A stretch of 19,816 nt of DNA. Origin: Candidatus Heimdallarchaeota archaeon (GTDB taxonomy: Archaea; Asgardarchaeota; Heimdallarchaeia; Heimdallarchaeales; Heimdallarchaeaceae). The DNA lies in NCBI GenBank assembly GCA_018238545.1, contig JABCTC010000057.1, forward strand, positions 1-19,816, in the 5' to 3' direction. Positions 8,455 through 17,188 of the stretch are shown one piece after another; the first letter of the stretch is position 1; each line of letters opens with the position of its first letter. The translations under genes were made by a program, and so were the position numbers. Under the pieces are notes generated by a model that was given only the letters and a program-made list of their open reading frames with translations, was not told the origin of the DNA and did no database searches.

Positions 8455-8897
8455 GGGATACAGATGATAACGATGGAGCGTACTATACTTTTAACATTGC
8501 TGAAGGAGATCCTCCTGTCATTTCCGATGTAAGTCATTCTCCAAACAATCCAACTTTCGATGATGAAGTGACAGTAAGCTGTTCTGTTACCGATGATACG
8601 GGTATAGATTATGTGCATTTGTTCTACATAGTGGATGGAGATATTTTCAATACTCCTCTATTGATGAATCATACCACAGGTTCAACCTATACCGCCACGT
8701 TTGGACCTTTTGAAATTAATACGACAATAGAATGTTATATCGCTGCTGCTGATAGTTCAGTAAACGGGAATTATGGTATACTGGATGATGAAACCTTTAC
8801 ATTCAAAGTGGGAGAAACAACTAGTTCTCCATATTTATTTGTTGTAGGAATCATCACATTCATAGGTTTAGCTTCTATCTATCACAAAAAACGATGA
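8451..8897 (+). pseudogene. 5-prime-truncated surface protein: last Ig-like domain plus C-terminal TM and basic tail
   Basis: The frame extends upstream of the GTG at 8568 as WDTDDNDGAYYTFNIAEGDPPVISDVSHSPNNPTFDDEVTVSCSVTDDTGI, with stop TAG at 8427-8429 and no start or signal peptide. Ends SPYLFVVGIITFIGLASIYHKKR. Confidence 0.75.
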
Positions 8898-8907
8898 AGA
8901 TCTAAAT

Positions 8908-8931
8908 CCTTTTCCTTTTTCTTTTCTTTTT
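8908..8931 (+). terminator. T-rich terminator candidate
   Basis: CCTTTTCCTTTTTCTTTTCTTTTT begins 10 nt after the stop at 8897. Confidence 0.5.
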
Positions 8932-9063
8932 GAATTGTTTAGAAATGAACATAAGAATTTAATCCAAATCATTTTCTGTAATATTTCATTCTAGCTAAGA
9001 AAAAATTAAAATGCTTTGCAATAGGTTTAAAAGTGTCTGTTAGCGGTTTTTACTGAACTAATT

Positions 9064-10002
9064 ATGAAAAAGGTAAAATTTGGTAAATCAGATTTAGATG
9101 TATCAGAAATAGGTATTGGGACTCTAACTTTTGGTCATCCAACTAAAGGTATTCAAGATTTTGATGAAATAAAGAAAATCCTAAATTTTGCTCTTGAAAA
9201 TGGGATAAATTTCCTTGATACTGCCGAAGAATATGCGGGCGGATTATGTGAAAAATACATCGGTGAGATTATTAAAGAGAGAGGGAATCGAGAGGACATT
9301 ATCATTGAAACTAAAGCCTCCCCTGTAAATTGTGGTTATAAGGAACTAAAAAAAGCCTGTGATAAAAGTTTGGAAAGGCTTCAGACAGATTATATAGATA
9401 TATATCTTTTACACTGGCCTTGGTGTTATTATCCTGCAAAAGAGTCTGCAAAAGCTTTAGATGAGCTGTTAGAAGAAGGAAAAGTAAGATATGTAGGAGT
9501 CTCAAATTATCAAAATCCATTGGTTGAAGAATTAATGAGCTATCTTAAAAATGGCGAAGTAATTACAAATCAACTTTCGTATAGTCTAACTAGTAGAAGT
9601 ATCGAGAAAGAAATCCTACCCTTTTCAAAGAAAATGGGAATACAAATAACAGCTTGGGGTCCTTTAGAAAGTGGATTTTTGACAGGAAAATATAATGAAA
9701 AGAGCGAATTTAAGAAAAATGACTATAGAAATAAACATCCTTTATTCCAAACTAAAGAAAATTTCGTTCAAACAAAGCCTTTGTTTAATCAATTGGAATT
9801 GCTTTCAAAGAAATATGATGCAAATCCATCTCAAATTGCTTTGAACTGGATTATTAACAAAGAACAAATAATACCTATTCCAGGTGCAAAGAATGTTAAA
9901 CAAGTTGAAAGTAATATAAATGCAACTATGTTTCAGCTTACTAATAAAGAAATAAATGAACTATCAAACCTAACTCAAAATGTGGATATTTGGAAATTTT
10001 AA
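9064..10002 (+). CDS. Aldo/keto reductase
   Basis: VSEIGIGT, GINFLDTAEEY (catalytic D, Y), ETK (K), SLERLQTDYIDIYLLHWP (H), GKVRYVGVSN, AWGPL..G.LTGKY, IPIPGA. Confidence 0.96.
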   Translation: MKKVKFGKSDLDVSEIGIGTLTFGHPTKGIQDFDEIKKILNFALENGINFLDTAEEYAGGLCEKYIGEIIKERGNREDIIIETKASPVNCGYKELKKACDKSLERLQTDYIDIYLLHWPWCYYPAKESAKALDELLEEGKVRYVGVSNYQNPLVEELMSYLKNGEVITNQLSYSLTSRSIEKEILPFSKKMGIQITAWGPLESGFLTGKYNEKSEFKKNDYRNKHPLFQTKENFVQTKPLFNQLELLSKKYDANPSQIALNWIINKEQIIPIPGAKNVKQVESNINATMFQLTNKEINELSNLTQNVDIWKF

Positions 10003-10089
10003 GACTTAAGATCACATCATGGATTTGGATTATTTTTTATAATATTTCATTGCTTCTTCTTCTTTTCCAGATATGTAATCAACCCAGAA

Positions 10090-11226
10090 CTACAGTTCTT
10101 CTATAGTCTCATTAAATATCACATTTCTTTTCCGTAAGTGTTCAATAACTTGGTGATAGACCTCTGAATGTTTTCCTAATAGTTCTGGAGGAATGATTCC
10201 TTTTTCTTTGAATTTTCCTGCAAGTACAATTTGAGCTACAGCTGTACAAGTATATCCTGTTGTTCTTGCTATAGAAAAAATATGCTTCTCTCTATCGTAC
10301 TTATCAAGCATATCATAAGTATAACGTAGTTTCTTGTCTTCTTTCATTCCTTCAATAACTACTTTCATTATGGTATGATCTTCATCTCCCTTTTCAAACA
10401 TCCAATGATCAAGTAAAAGCTTACCTGTAAGCTCAATTGGTTTGATTTTTTTTCCTTTTACATCAATTTCCTCTGTATTGAGGAAACCTGCTTCTATTAG
10501 CATTTGCATCTTTTCTATATGATCAGGATATCTCAGTGTTTTTTCTTTCATGAAAGGGATATCCATTGTATTGATGAGAGTTCTAAGACCATTAGTATTG
10601 ATGGCTACTAGATTTCCTACTTCTGGAAAATCTAATAGTTCAAGTTCAGATAAAGCAGGTTTAACAACTATCTCACTGTTCTCAATGTATCTCGCTAATA
10701 GGATATATTCCTCGATAACCTCAATGGGAGGATAAGGAGATTTATAATCAAAAAGCCAGTTTCTTTCTACCGGTAATCCTCCAACATAACATAGGAAACT
10801 TTCTGTTTTATCTAAGATAGAATCAATATAACCAAGTATGATGTTACTTGAACCAGGAGCTACTCCACAGTCAACAACAGCCGTAACTCCTTTCTCCTTT
10901 GCTAATTCATCTAAGCTTAATGCATCTTCCTCGAAAAATGAGATATCTACTATGTTCTTTCCTGCTTCAATTACTGCCTTAAGAGACTTATAACCTATAG
11001 AACTTGGAAGAGCTCCAATTACTAAATCAAAATCCTTCACAATATCTTTGATGATACTGGGATTGGATAAATCTGCACATATTCCATGAAGATCACAATC
11101 ATGTGTTAGTTTATCTAAAACTTCTTGGTTAATATCAACTATTGAAACCTCAGTTGAGGGATCTTCTGCTAGATCTCTTGCAATAACATTTCCTACATAT
11201 CCTGCTCCTAAAACAACAATTTTCAT
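10090..11226 (-). CDS. Saccharopine dehydrogenase-family protein (L-lysine 6-dehydrogenase-like)
   Basis: Rossmann VLGAGYVG, VDISF, DCGVAPG.SN, YVGGLP, EKTLRYP.H, ARTTGY, GIIPPE. RBS GAGGT and TATA-like GAAAATCTTTAAAT at 11279-11266. Confidence 0.9.
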   Translation of the reverse strand: MKIVVLGAGYVGNVIARDLAEDPSTEVSIVDINQEVLDKLTHDCDLHGICADLSNPSIIKDIVKDFDLVIGALPSSIGYKSLKAVIEAGKNIVDISFFEEDALSLDELAKEKGVTAVVDCGVAPGSSNIILGYIDSILDKTESFLCYVGGLPVERNWLFDYKSPYPPIEVIEEYILLARYIENSEIVVKPALSELELLDFPEVGNLVAINTNGLRTLINTMDIPFMKEKTLRYPDHIEKMQMLIEAGFLNTEEIDVKGKKIKPIELTGKLLLDHWMFEKGDEDHTIMKVVIEGMKEDKKLRYTYDMLDKYDREKHIFSIARTTGYTCTAVAQIVLAGKFKEKGIIPPELLGKHSEVYHQVIEHLRKRNVIFNETIEEL

Positions 11227-11277
11227 ATCTAAACCTCTAGGGATGTATTATATTGGAAATAGATAATTTAAAGATTT

Positions 11278-11500
11278 TCAGTCGAAAATGTAAACCTCAA
11301 TTCTGGAATTTATTCCTGAAGAAGTTTCTTCTTCCTCCTCTATACCAGAACTACGTATCAAATCTAATAATATTTCGTCGCTTCTTCTTCTTCTTTTCCT
11401 GGTTCGAAATTATCCCAGAATTCTTTTGGTGGGTGACGTAATTCATAATTAATGCGAGAGTCATGTAATACACAAGGGCAATTTATATGAACTAACACTA
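11278..11500 (-). pseudogene. Possible degraded 3-prime end of a gene with an acidic tail
   Basis: One frame gives HDSRINYELRHPPKEFWDNFEPGKEEEE; after a single shift near 11381 it continues DEILLDLIRSSGIEEEEETSSGINSRIEVYIFD-stop. No clear start. Confidence 0.35.
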
Positions 11501-11585
11501 ATAAGAATTGTTTAGTTCTACACTAAGAAGAAACTAGAGAATACTGTGAAAAAGGTTTTAATTACTAAAAGAAATGAAACACTAG

Positions 11586-12902
11586 ATGGCTTCTACAAAA
11601 ATTGTTGTAATTGGAGCTGGTAGCTTACAATTCGGATTGGGAACTTGTGGTAGTATCTTTAATTCTAAGGTGCTAAAAGACGCTACAGTAAGTTTGCATG
11701 ACATAAATGCAGAGAACCTAGAATATGCAAGGGATGCATGTCAGGCAAAGATAGATCATGACAGACTTAACTTCACCTTAGAATCTACAACAGACCGAAA
11801 GGAAGCTTTGAAAGGAGCTAATTTTATTATTAATTCTATTGAAGTAGGACCAAGATTTGATTGGTGGGAATTAGATAAAAGAATTCCATGGAAATATGGT
11901 AGTCCTCAAGTGTTTGGAGAAAACGGCGGACCAGGAGGAATGTTTCATTCTTTGAGAGTTGTTCCACCAATTCTAGATATTTGTGAAGACATTAACAAAA
12001 TTTGTCCTGATGCTACTTTCATTAACTATTCCAATCCCATGCATAGAATACTTTTGTCAATCAAAAGAAAGTTCCCTAAACTTAAAACAGTTGGACTTTG
12101 TCATGAAATAGCTTTCGCAGAATATCTTCTCCCAAAAATTCTGAAAATACCTTTTGAAAAGATGGATTTATGGTGCGGAGGATTGAATCATATGGGAGCA
12201 ATAATCAAAGCTAATTACAAAGATACCAATGAAGACCTAATACCTGAAATTCGGCAAAGAGGTGTTAAATTCTTGAAAAGATGGAGATGGAGTATTCCTT
12301 CAAGGATGTTACATCCAGTTGGTCTTACACTCTATATCTTAGAAAACTTTGGCTTTCTACCTTATACTAATGATTCTCATTATGGAGAATACATTGGATG
12401 GGCAAAGGAGGTTGTCAATATGCAAGGAATCAGAAGTTTTTACAACCTCTATAGATTTTTTGTTAATTATAGTGGAACTCAAATTAGAAAGAAAATTAAA
12501 AGAAACAATGGACATAAATTAGTAAAACCTGATCATGAACGAGCAATACCAATTATAGAAGGCATCCTTTCTGACAGTAACTATCATGAACTATCAGTAA
12601 ATCTTCCTAATAAAGGCATAATCTCTAATCTCCCAGAAGATTTGGTTATAGAATGCCCAGCAATTATCAATAAATCAGGAGTGAATGGAATCCCTCTTGG
12701 AGAATATCCAGAACCATTAGTTGATCTATTAAGAGATGAAGTTACTGTCCAAGATTTAGTAGTTAAAGCTATTCTCAATAACTCTAGAGATTATGCAGTG
12801 CAAGCTCTTCAAGCTGATCCGAATTTTCCTCGAAAATTTTTGATTGATACTTTCCTAGATGAAATGTTAGAACTTCAAAAAGATTGGATTAAACTTGAAT
12901 AA
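11586..12902 (+). CDS. Glycoside hydrolase family 4 (NAD+/Mn2+-dependent alpha-glucosidase/alpha-galactosidase, MelA-like)
   Basis: IGAGS..F, AL.GA.FII.SI, GENGGPGG.FHSLR, NYSNP, GLCHE (metal-binding Cys), GLNH, DSH.GEY, N.PN.G.I.NLP.D.VIE.P. TATA-like GAAAAAGGTTTTAAT at 11548-11562. Confidence 0.94.
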   Translation: MASTKIVVIGAGSLQFGLGTCGSIFNSKVLKDATVSLHDINAENLEYARDACQAKIDHDRLNFTLESTTDRKEALKGANFIINSIEVGPRFDWWELDKRIPWKYGSPQVFGENGGPGGMFHSLRVVPPILDICEDINKICPDATFINYSNPMHRILLSIKRKFPKLKTVGLCHEIAFAEYLLPKILKIPFEKMDLWCGGLNHMGAIIKANYKDTNEDLIPEIRQRGVKFLKRWRWSIPSRMLHPVGLTLYILENFGFLPYTNDSHYGEYIGWAKEVVNMQGIRSFYNLYRFFVNYSGTQIRKKIKRNNGHKLVKPDHERAIPIIEGILSDSNYHELSVNLPNKGIISNLPEDLVIECPAIINKSGVNGIPLGEYPEPLVDLLRDEVTVQDLVVKAILNNSRDYAVQALQADPNFPRKFLIDTFLDEMLELQKDWIKLE

Positions 12903-12962
12903 CTTGAATATTAATGTCAACAATCAATCGGTTAGTATTTAATGAAGTCAGGTTGTAATATT

Positions 12963-13901
12963 TCAATCAAATACGTTACTCATAAATTTGCTGTTTCCCA
13001 TTTCATATAATTTGTCGGCTATATCTACCATTTGTTGGTGATCAGTTGATCTTTCGTAGGTTGCGAAGCGGATATGAGATTGTCGAAATCGCCAAATAGA
13101 TGCTGTCACCGCAGCGTATATGCAAAATAAATTTAAAGATTCAATTTCAATTGGTGTTAACGATTTCACTTCTTGGTATCCTTTTATTAGAGCCTTCGTG
13201 TAGCTCATATCAACTATTTTATCCAATGTTAGCAATCCTGTTATAGCCATACCCAAATCGAAAATCAAGTGATAATTTGAAACATCCTCAAAATCAATAA
13301 TTGCTACCAGATTTCCATTTTTTTGAATAATATTATCTGGAAATATGTCACCATGAACCAATCCTGTTGGTAGTTGGTCTGGAATTAGTGCCTCTATATA
13401 TTCTAATTTGGTTTTAAGCCACTCAATATAGGGATGATCAATATCTGAGGTGGTTACTTCATTAAGATAAGATAAACCATAGGGAGAAGCAGTTGGGATA
13501 TTATCTGGACAGGGAATATTATGTAACTGGGCTATGCGGCTACCTAGATGTTCCATAAATTGTATCGTGGGTCTCTCTACAATCTCACCCTCAAGAAATT
13601 TCTTTAGATAGACAGGTTTACCATTATGTTCGAGTACATATTCGTGATCTTTTGTCGAAATCACTTGATTAGTTTGAAAATGGTTTTTGTGAAGGTAGAT
13701 CAACAAATTCGTTAAGGTTAGGGTTTGTTGCCTAGTTGTATATTCACAGATAGTTAGGATATAGTTCTGAGTTTTGTTTTGGATAAAATAATTTGTACTA
13801 GATCCACCTGTCATTGGATGAAATTTGATAACTTTACCGAGTGAATATACATTTGCAAATTTAGTAATTTCTTTTGAGGTGAGAATTGTATAATGAGACA
13901 T
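12963..13901 (-). CDS. thrB: Type II homoserine kinase / APH-family phosphotransferase
   Basis: MSHYT.L N-terminus, G...TNY, Y.LTI.E, A.LH, LPTGLVHGDIFPDN, IIDFE, FDL, ...WR. Pseudomonas-type ThrB pattern; the substrate is not demonstrable from sequence. Confidence 0.78.
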   Translation of the reverse strand: MSHYTILTSKEITKFANVYSLGKVIKFHPMTGGSSTNYFIQNKTQNYILTICEYTTRQQTLTLTNLLIYLHKNHFQTNQVISTKDHEYVLEHNGKPVYLKKFLEGEIVERPTIQFMEHLGSRIAQLHNIPCPDNIPTASPYGLSYLNEVTTSDIDHPYIEWLKTKLEYIEALIPDQLPTGLVHGDIFPDNIIQKNGNLVAIIDFEDVSNYHLIFDLGMAITGLLTLDKIVDMSYTKALIKGYQEVKSLTPIEIESLNLFCIYAAVTASIWRFRQSHIRFATYERSTDHQQMVDIADKLYEMGNSKFMSNVFD

Positions 13902-14113
13902 CTGAAATGAACACCTTTAATTTGTTTTATAGCTTTATAAGATAGGCGATATCAAGGATGCCGACCTGCTTTAGATATGAAAGGACTTCTTTTGTTTTCT
14001 TTTATATGGTTTTCTCTTAAAATTTAAAAACAAGCATCTTTCTAGAGTAGTAATTGAAATTGCCATCTTTGCAGGTAATCACACACAGTTAGTCAAAAAG
14101 TAGATGAATTATT

Positions 14114-15109
14114 ATGAGTATTTCTAGCCTTGTTTTTCCATGGCCTTGGTGGTCAGTAATGGTGTTTATTAGCTTCGTGAACTTAGTAATTTGTGCACTC
14201 GTTTTCATAAAATCTCTGAATCCTAGGGATGGAAAGGATTCTAAATATCGGATATGGATGAGAGTAATGGGAGTAATATTTACAGTAGTCGGAGCATACA
14301 GATCGGTTTTTGTATCTCGCTACCATACACAGTATGCTTGGTTTGATACTCTTGCAAATAGTTCTCTATTGATTCGAACATTTGCTATGCTAGCCGAATT
14401 GTCCTTAAGTGGATTAATCGCATTAGCAATGTTAAGATTCAACAAATCTTTGCCTGCTAAAGAAGGCGCAAATAGTAATAAGTTCATATCCTTTTTTACT
14501 ACAAAAACTCCATACGTTCTAGTGATCAGTATATTTTTAGCACAGTTTTTTGCCTTTGGTGCAACAATCACCAAGCTTCATGTATTATGGGCAATTGAGG
14601 AAACATTGTGGGGGATTGGATTTCTATCAATTCTTCCACTTGCAATTGTACAACTACGGCGCGCTTTCCTGATAAAAGAAGAAGAAGTAAAACAAGAAGT
14701 AAAACAACGTATGAAAATGCTAAGGATATCTGCAATAATAATTGCTGTTTGGTGTATAATTTACGTCTGCTATTCAGTTGTCTATCATTTACCAAGCTAC
14801 TGGATTTCTGTAATCAATCAATTTCAATCAGGACCATTAGATGCTCAGACTGGTTTAAGTGCAATAATTGATGCGTTTATGATAGTAAACATAACCAGAG
14901 CGTATAGTGATTGGGGTTTTGGTTTTCTATTATGGCATTCAGCTTACTTCAGTGTCTGTGTATGGATTTCGATATTCTTGATGCAAGCACCAAGACCATT
15001 GGAAACTCCTAAGAAACTTAACAAAAAGCTAACCATAGGAACAGTAACAATGATAGTCATAGGAATAATAACCTTATTATCATTGATTATCTTGTCAACC
15101 TTTACTTAG
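14114..15109 (+). CDS. Uncharacterised polytopic membrane protein (about 8 TM)
   Basis: 331-aa ORF with alternating hydrophobic helices and basic loops; no family confidently recognised. Confidence 0.85.
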   Translation: MSISSLVFPWPWWSVMVFISFVNLVICALVFIKSLNPRDGKDSKYRIWMRVMGVIFTVVGAYRSVFVSRYHTQYAWFDTLANSSLLIRTFAMLAELSLSGLIALAMLRFNKSLPAKEGANSNKFISFFTTKTPYVLVISIFLAQFFAFGATITKLHVLWAIEETLWGIGFLSILPLAIVQLRRAFLIKEEEVKQEVKQRMKMLRISAIIIAVWCIIYVCYSVVYHLPSYWISVINQFQSGPLDAQTGLSAIIDAFMIVNITRAYSDWGFGFLLWHSAYFSVCVWISIFLMQAPRPLETPKKLNKKLTIGTVTMIVIGIITLLSLIILSTFT

Positions 15110-15291
15110 ATTTGCTATTAGTATTGTATAAGTTAAAGTACTCATACATAGTATGTACCTGTTGAAAAATACCTAACGGGCAAATAGGCAAGTTCTTGGT
15201 GTAGGGGGGGACAACCATGATAATTGTAGAACGCACTTTTGCTTTCATATCATAACAGGACTTAATATAGGAATTAATAGTTTAAGGAGAG

Positions 15292-15861
15292 TTAGATATC
15301 TACATTCTCACTTTGTTTCAGCAGATTATCCAATTCCTTCTTGACTCCTTCTCTTTCTGATAGCTCTGTAAGCAATTCATAGTTTAATTCGTTCTTCAAT
15401 CGCAGAATTATACTATATGCATCATCTATATCTTGATCACTCCCATAGAGGATTTTTGCAATAATTATCTCTTCAGGAATTTGGATAAATGTTTCTTCAT
15501 CAAAAATTGTTAATATAATCTTGTTTTGAAGAGCTTCTTCCTCCAGCTTCCTTGTTGGTGTTTTGATATCTAATCTTAAAATTGTCTCATTGTCGAAAAC
15601 TGAACAATGTGAACCCTCCAAGAAAGCTTCCATAATTTCATTCTCTCCAACAATCAATGACTCATTCCTCAAATTCTCTTCAAGTTTTGCAATTTTTTTC
15701 ATATTATGCTCAATAATAACATCTATATCCATTGTAGAACGAGGTCTTCCATAAATTGAAACAATCACTCCACCAATCAAAACATAATCTATTTCAGATT
15801 TATTGAGCGCACGTATACACAACGTGATGAAACGTTGAAAGGGATTACCTGAAACTTCCAT
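15292..15861 (-). CDS. Pol-beta superfamily nucleotidyltransferase (DUF6036/AbiEii-like)
   Basis: YVLIGG....YG.PRSTMDID signature, third Asp in RLDI, C-terminal PEEIII.K...G...D..D. Confidence 0.85.
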   Translation of the reverse strand: MEVSGNPFQRFITLCIRALNKSEIDYVLIGGVIVSIYGRPRSTMDIDVIIEHNMKKIAKLEENLRNESLIVGENEIMEAFLEGSHCSVFDNETILRLDIKTPTRKLEEEALQNKIILTIFDEETFIQIPEEIIIAKILYGSDQDIDDAYSIILRLKNELNYELLTELSEREGVKKELDNLLKQSENVDI

Positions 15862-16056
15862 CTACGATTTCCTCCTACCATTTAGCAAATCAACTATTTT
15901 GCGTAGTTTTGCACTATCTTCTCCTTTTTGTAGTTTTAGAAGAGCTGTTACCAAATCACACATTGCTTTCAAGGTATCTTCCCCATCTAACCCTAATTCG
16001 TGTATTCTGGAAATCTCTCGTTCAATGGAAGCCTTACGTTTAATCACTAAAGTCAT
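15862..16056 (-). CDS. 64-aa helical protein, translationally coupled to the nucleotidyltransferase (putative partner/antitoxin)
   Basis: Its TAG directly abuts the next ATG (TAGATG); charged, helix-like sequence. Confidence 0.7.
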   Translation of the reverse strand: MTLVIKRKASIEREISRIHELGLDGEDTLKAMCDLVTALLKLQKGEDSAKLRKIVDLLNGRRKS

Positions 16057-16159
16057 AATTCAACAATGAAGTAAAGGAAAGAGAAGAATATTAGTGTTTC
16101 TAAATTTCATAACTCAGTCTTTAGATGCTAAAATAAACTGAAAATTAAGGTCGGATTGG

Positions 16160-16465
16160 TCAAATAATTATGAACTTTGTGTCAAATTTACCCAGAGTAT
16201 GAATACTTGGATTTCCAACACCATTATGATTTAGATGTTTGAAAGTATTTAATTTATCTTTTTTATCATAAATTGCTGCTTTGATGAATCTGATAAACAA
16301 ATTTCTTTCAGATAATCCTTGAAGAAGAAAATCAAAATTCAATATAAATGAATCTCTTTCTTCAACGAGATAAATCACTTCAGGTTCAATATGTATAGAA
16401 ACAACTTGCTCTTCTGATGAATGAGATGAAAGAAAATCATTAAGAATGAAGCTTCTGAAGTTAGC
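16160..16465 (-). pseudogene. Probable gene fragment, product unknown
   Basis: The frame is open for ~100 codons from 16465 (...EEQVVSIHIEPEVIYLVEERDSFILNFDFLLQG...HLNHNGVGNPSIHTLGKFD). Protein-like text begins before the only start (GTG 16378). Confidence 0.5.
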
Positions 16466-16616
16466 TTATATATTATTTCTCGTGTAATTCAATTCCTGAT
16501 GAGTGTTAGAACTGCAAAAAGAATCTCAAATATAATTATTTGTTAAACCTTTTATGAGAATTATGCAATGTTTTTAGCTCTAGATTTATTTTTTACTTCT
16601 TCTAGTATGATCATTT

Positions 16617-17152
16617 TCAGTTTATCATAGAATACATTATTCTTGTTAAGCCATCAAAAATGAAAATTATTGATAAGAGTATTATCAAGGGATAAGTACC
16701 ATATTGTGCAAAAATTAGTGTCACTATTCCAAAGAAAATTGTTATTATGCCAACAAGAGTAGTTAGTACTTTATACCAAATAGGTAAATTCTTTTCAACT
16801 ATAGCAATGATTATCCTCAAGATACCATTTGCAATCATAGCACTTGCAAGTAAAATTATAACAATATCAATTCCTAAAGATTGAAATGAAATCACTATTA
16901 TGGCTAGCGATGTTAAAAGTATTCCAAAAACGATTTTCAAGATTCTTGAATGTTTTGCCTCTTCTTTAAAGTAAAAACTTACAAAGATTATTGTTAAACC
17001 AAGAACAAGTAGGGAAACACTTAGATAATTACTGCAAAAAGAGTTGCAAATTGGTGATTAATAATTGTAATAAATGCTAGAACAATTAAGATTGCACCTG
17101 CTGATCTATTCAAAACCTTCAAACCTTTCTTCATGACCTTAACTTCTGCCAT
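16617..17152 (-). pseudogene. HdeD/DUF308-like membrane protein split by a one-base frameshift near 17025
   Basis: ATG 17152 gives MAEVKVMKKGLKVLNRSAGAILIVLAFITIINHQFATLFAVII-stop. The second frame continues LSVSLLVLGLTII...KIVFGILL into ORF 16617..16940; adding one base gives 178 aa. Repeated I.[N/D]G[I/L].RI helix ends are typical of the family. Confidence 0.75.
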
Positions 17153-17175
17153 GTATAAGATAACTTATTTTTGTA

Positions 17176-17188
17176 ATATAAGTATTTC
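17176..17188 (-). promoter_or_regulatory. BRE/TATA-like promoter of the HdeD-like gene
   Basis: GAAATACTTATAT ends 24 nt upstream of ATG 17152, supporting that start. Confidence 0.6.

Noticed and set aside
14682-14707. 12-bp in-frame tandem duplication (EVKQEVKQ)
   Set aside because: Ordinary slippage in a loop with the frame preserved.
15110-15291. Spacer with TACATAGTATGTA palindrome and a G7 run as an ncRNA or element end
   Set aside because: Only short weak stems, no second copy in the window and no recognisable RNA family pattern.
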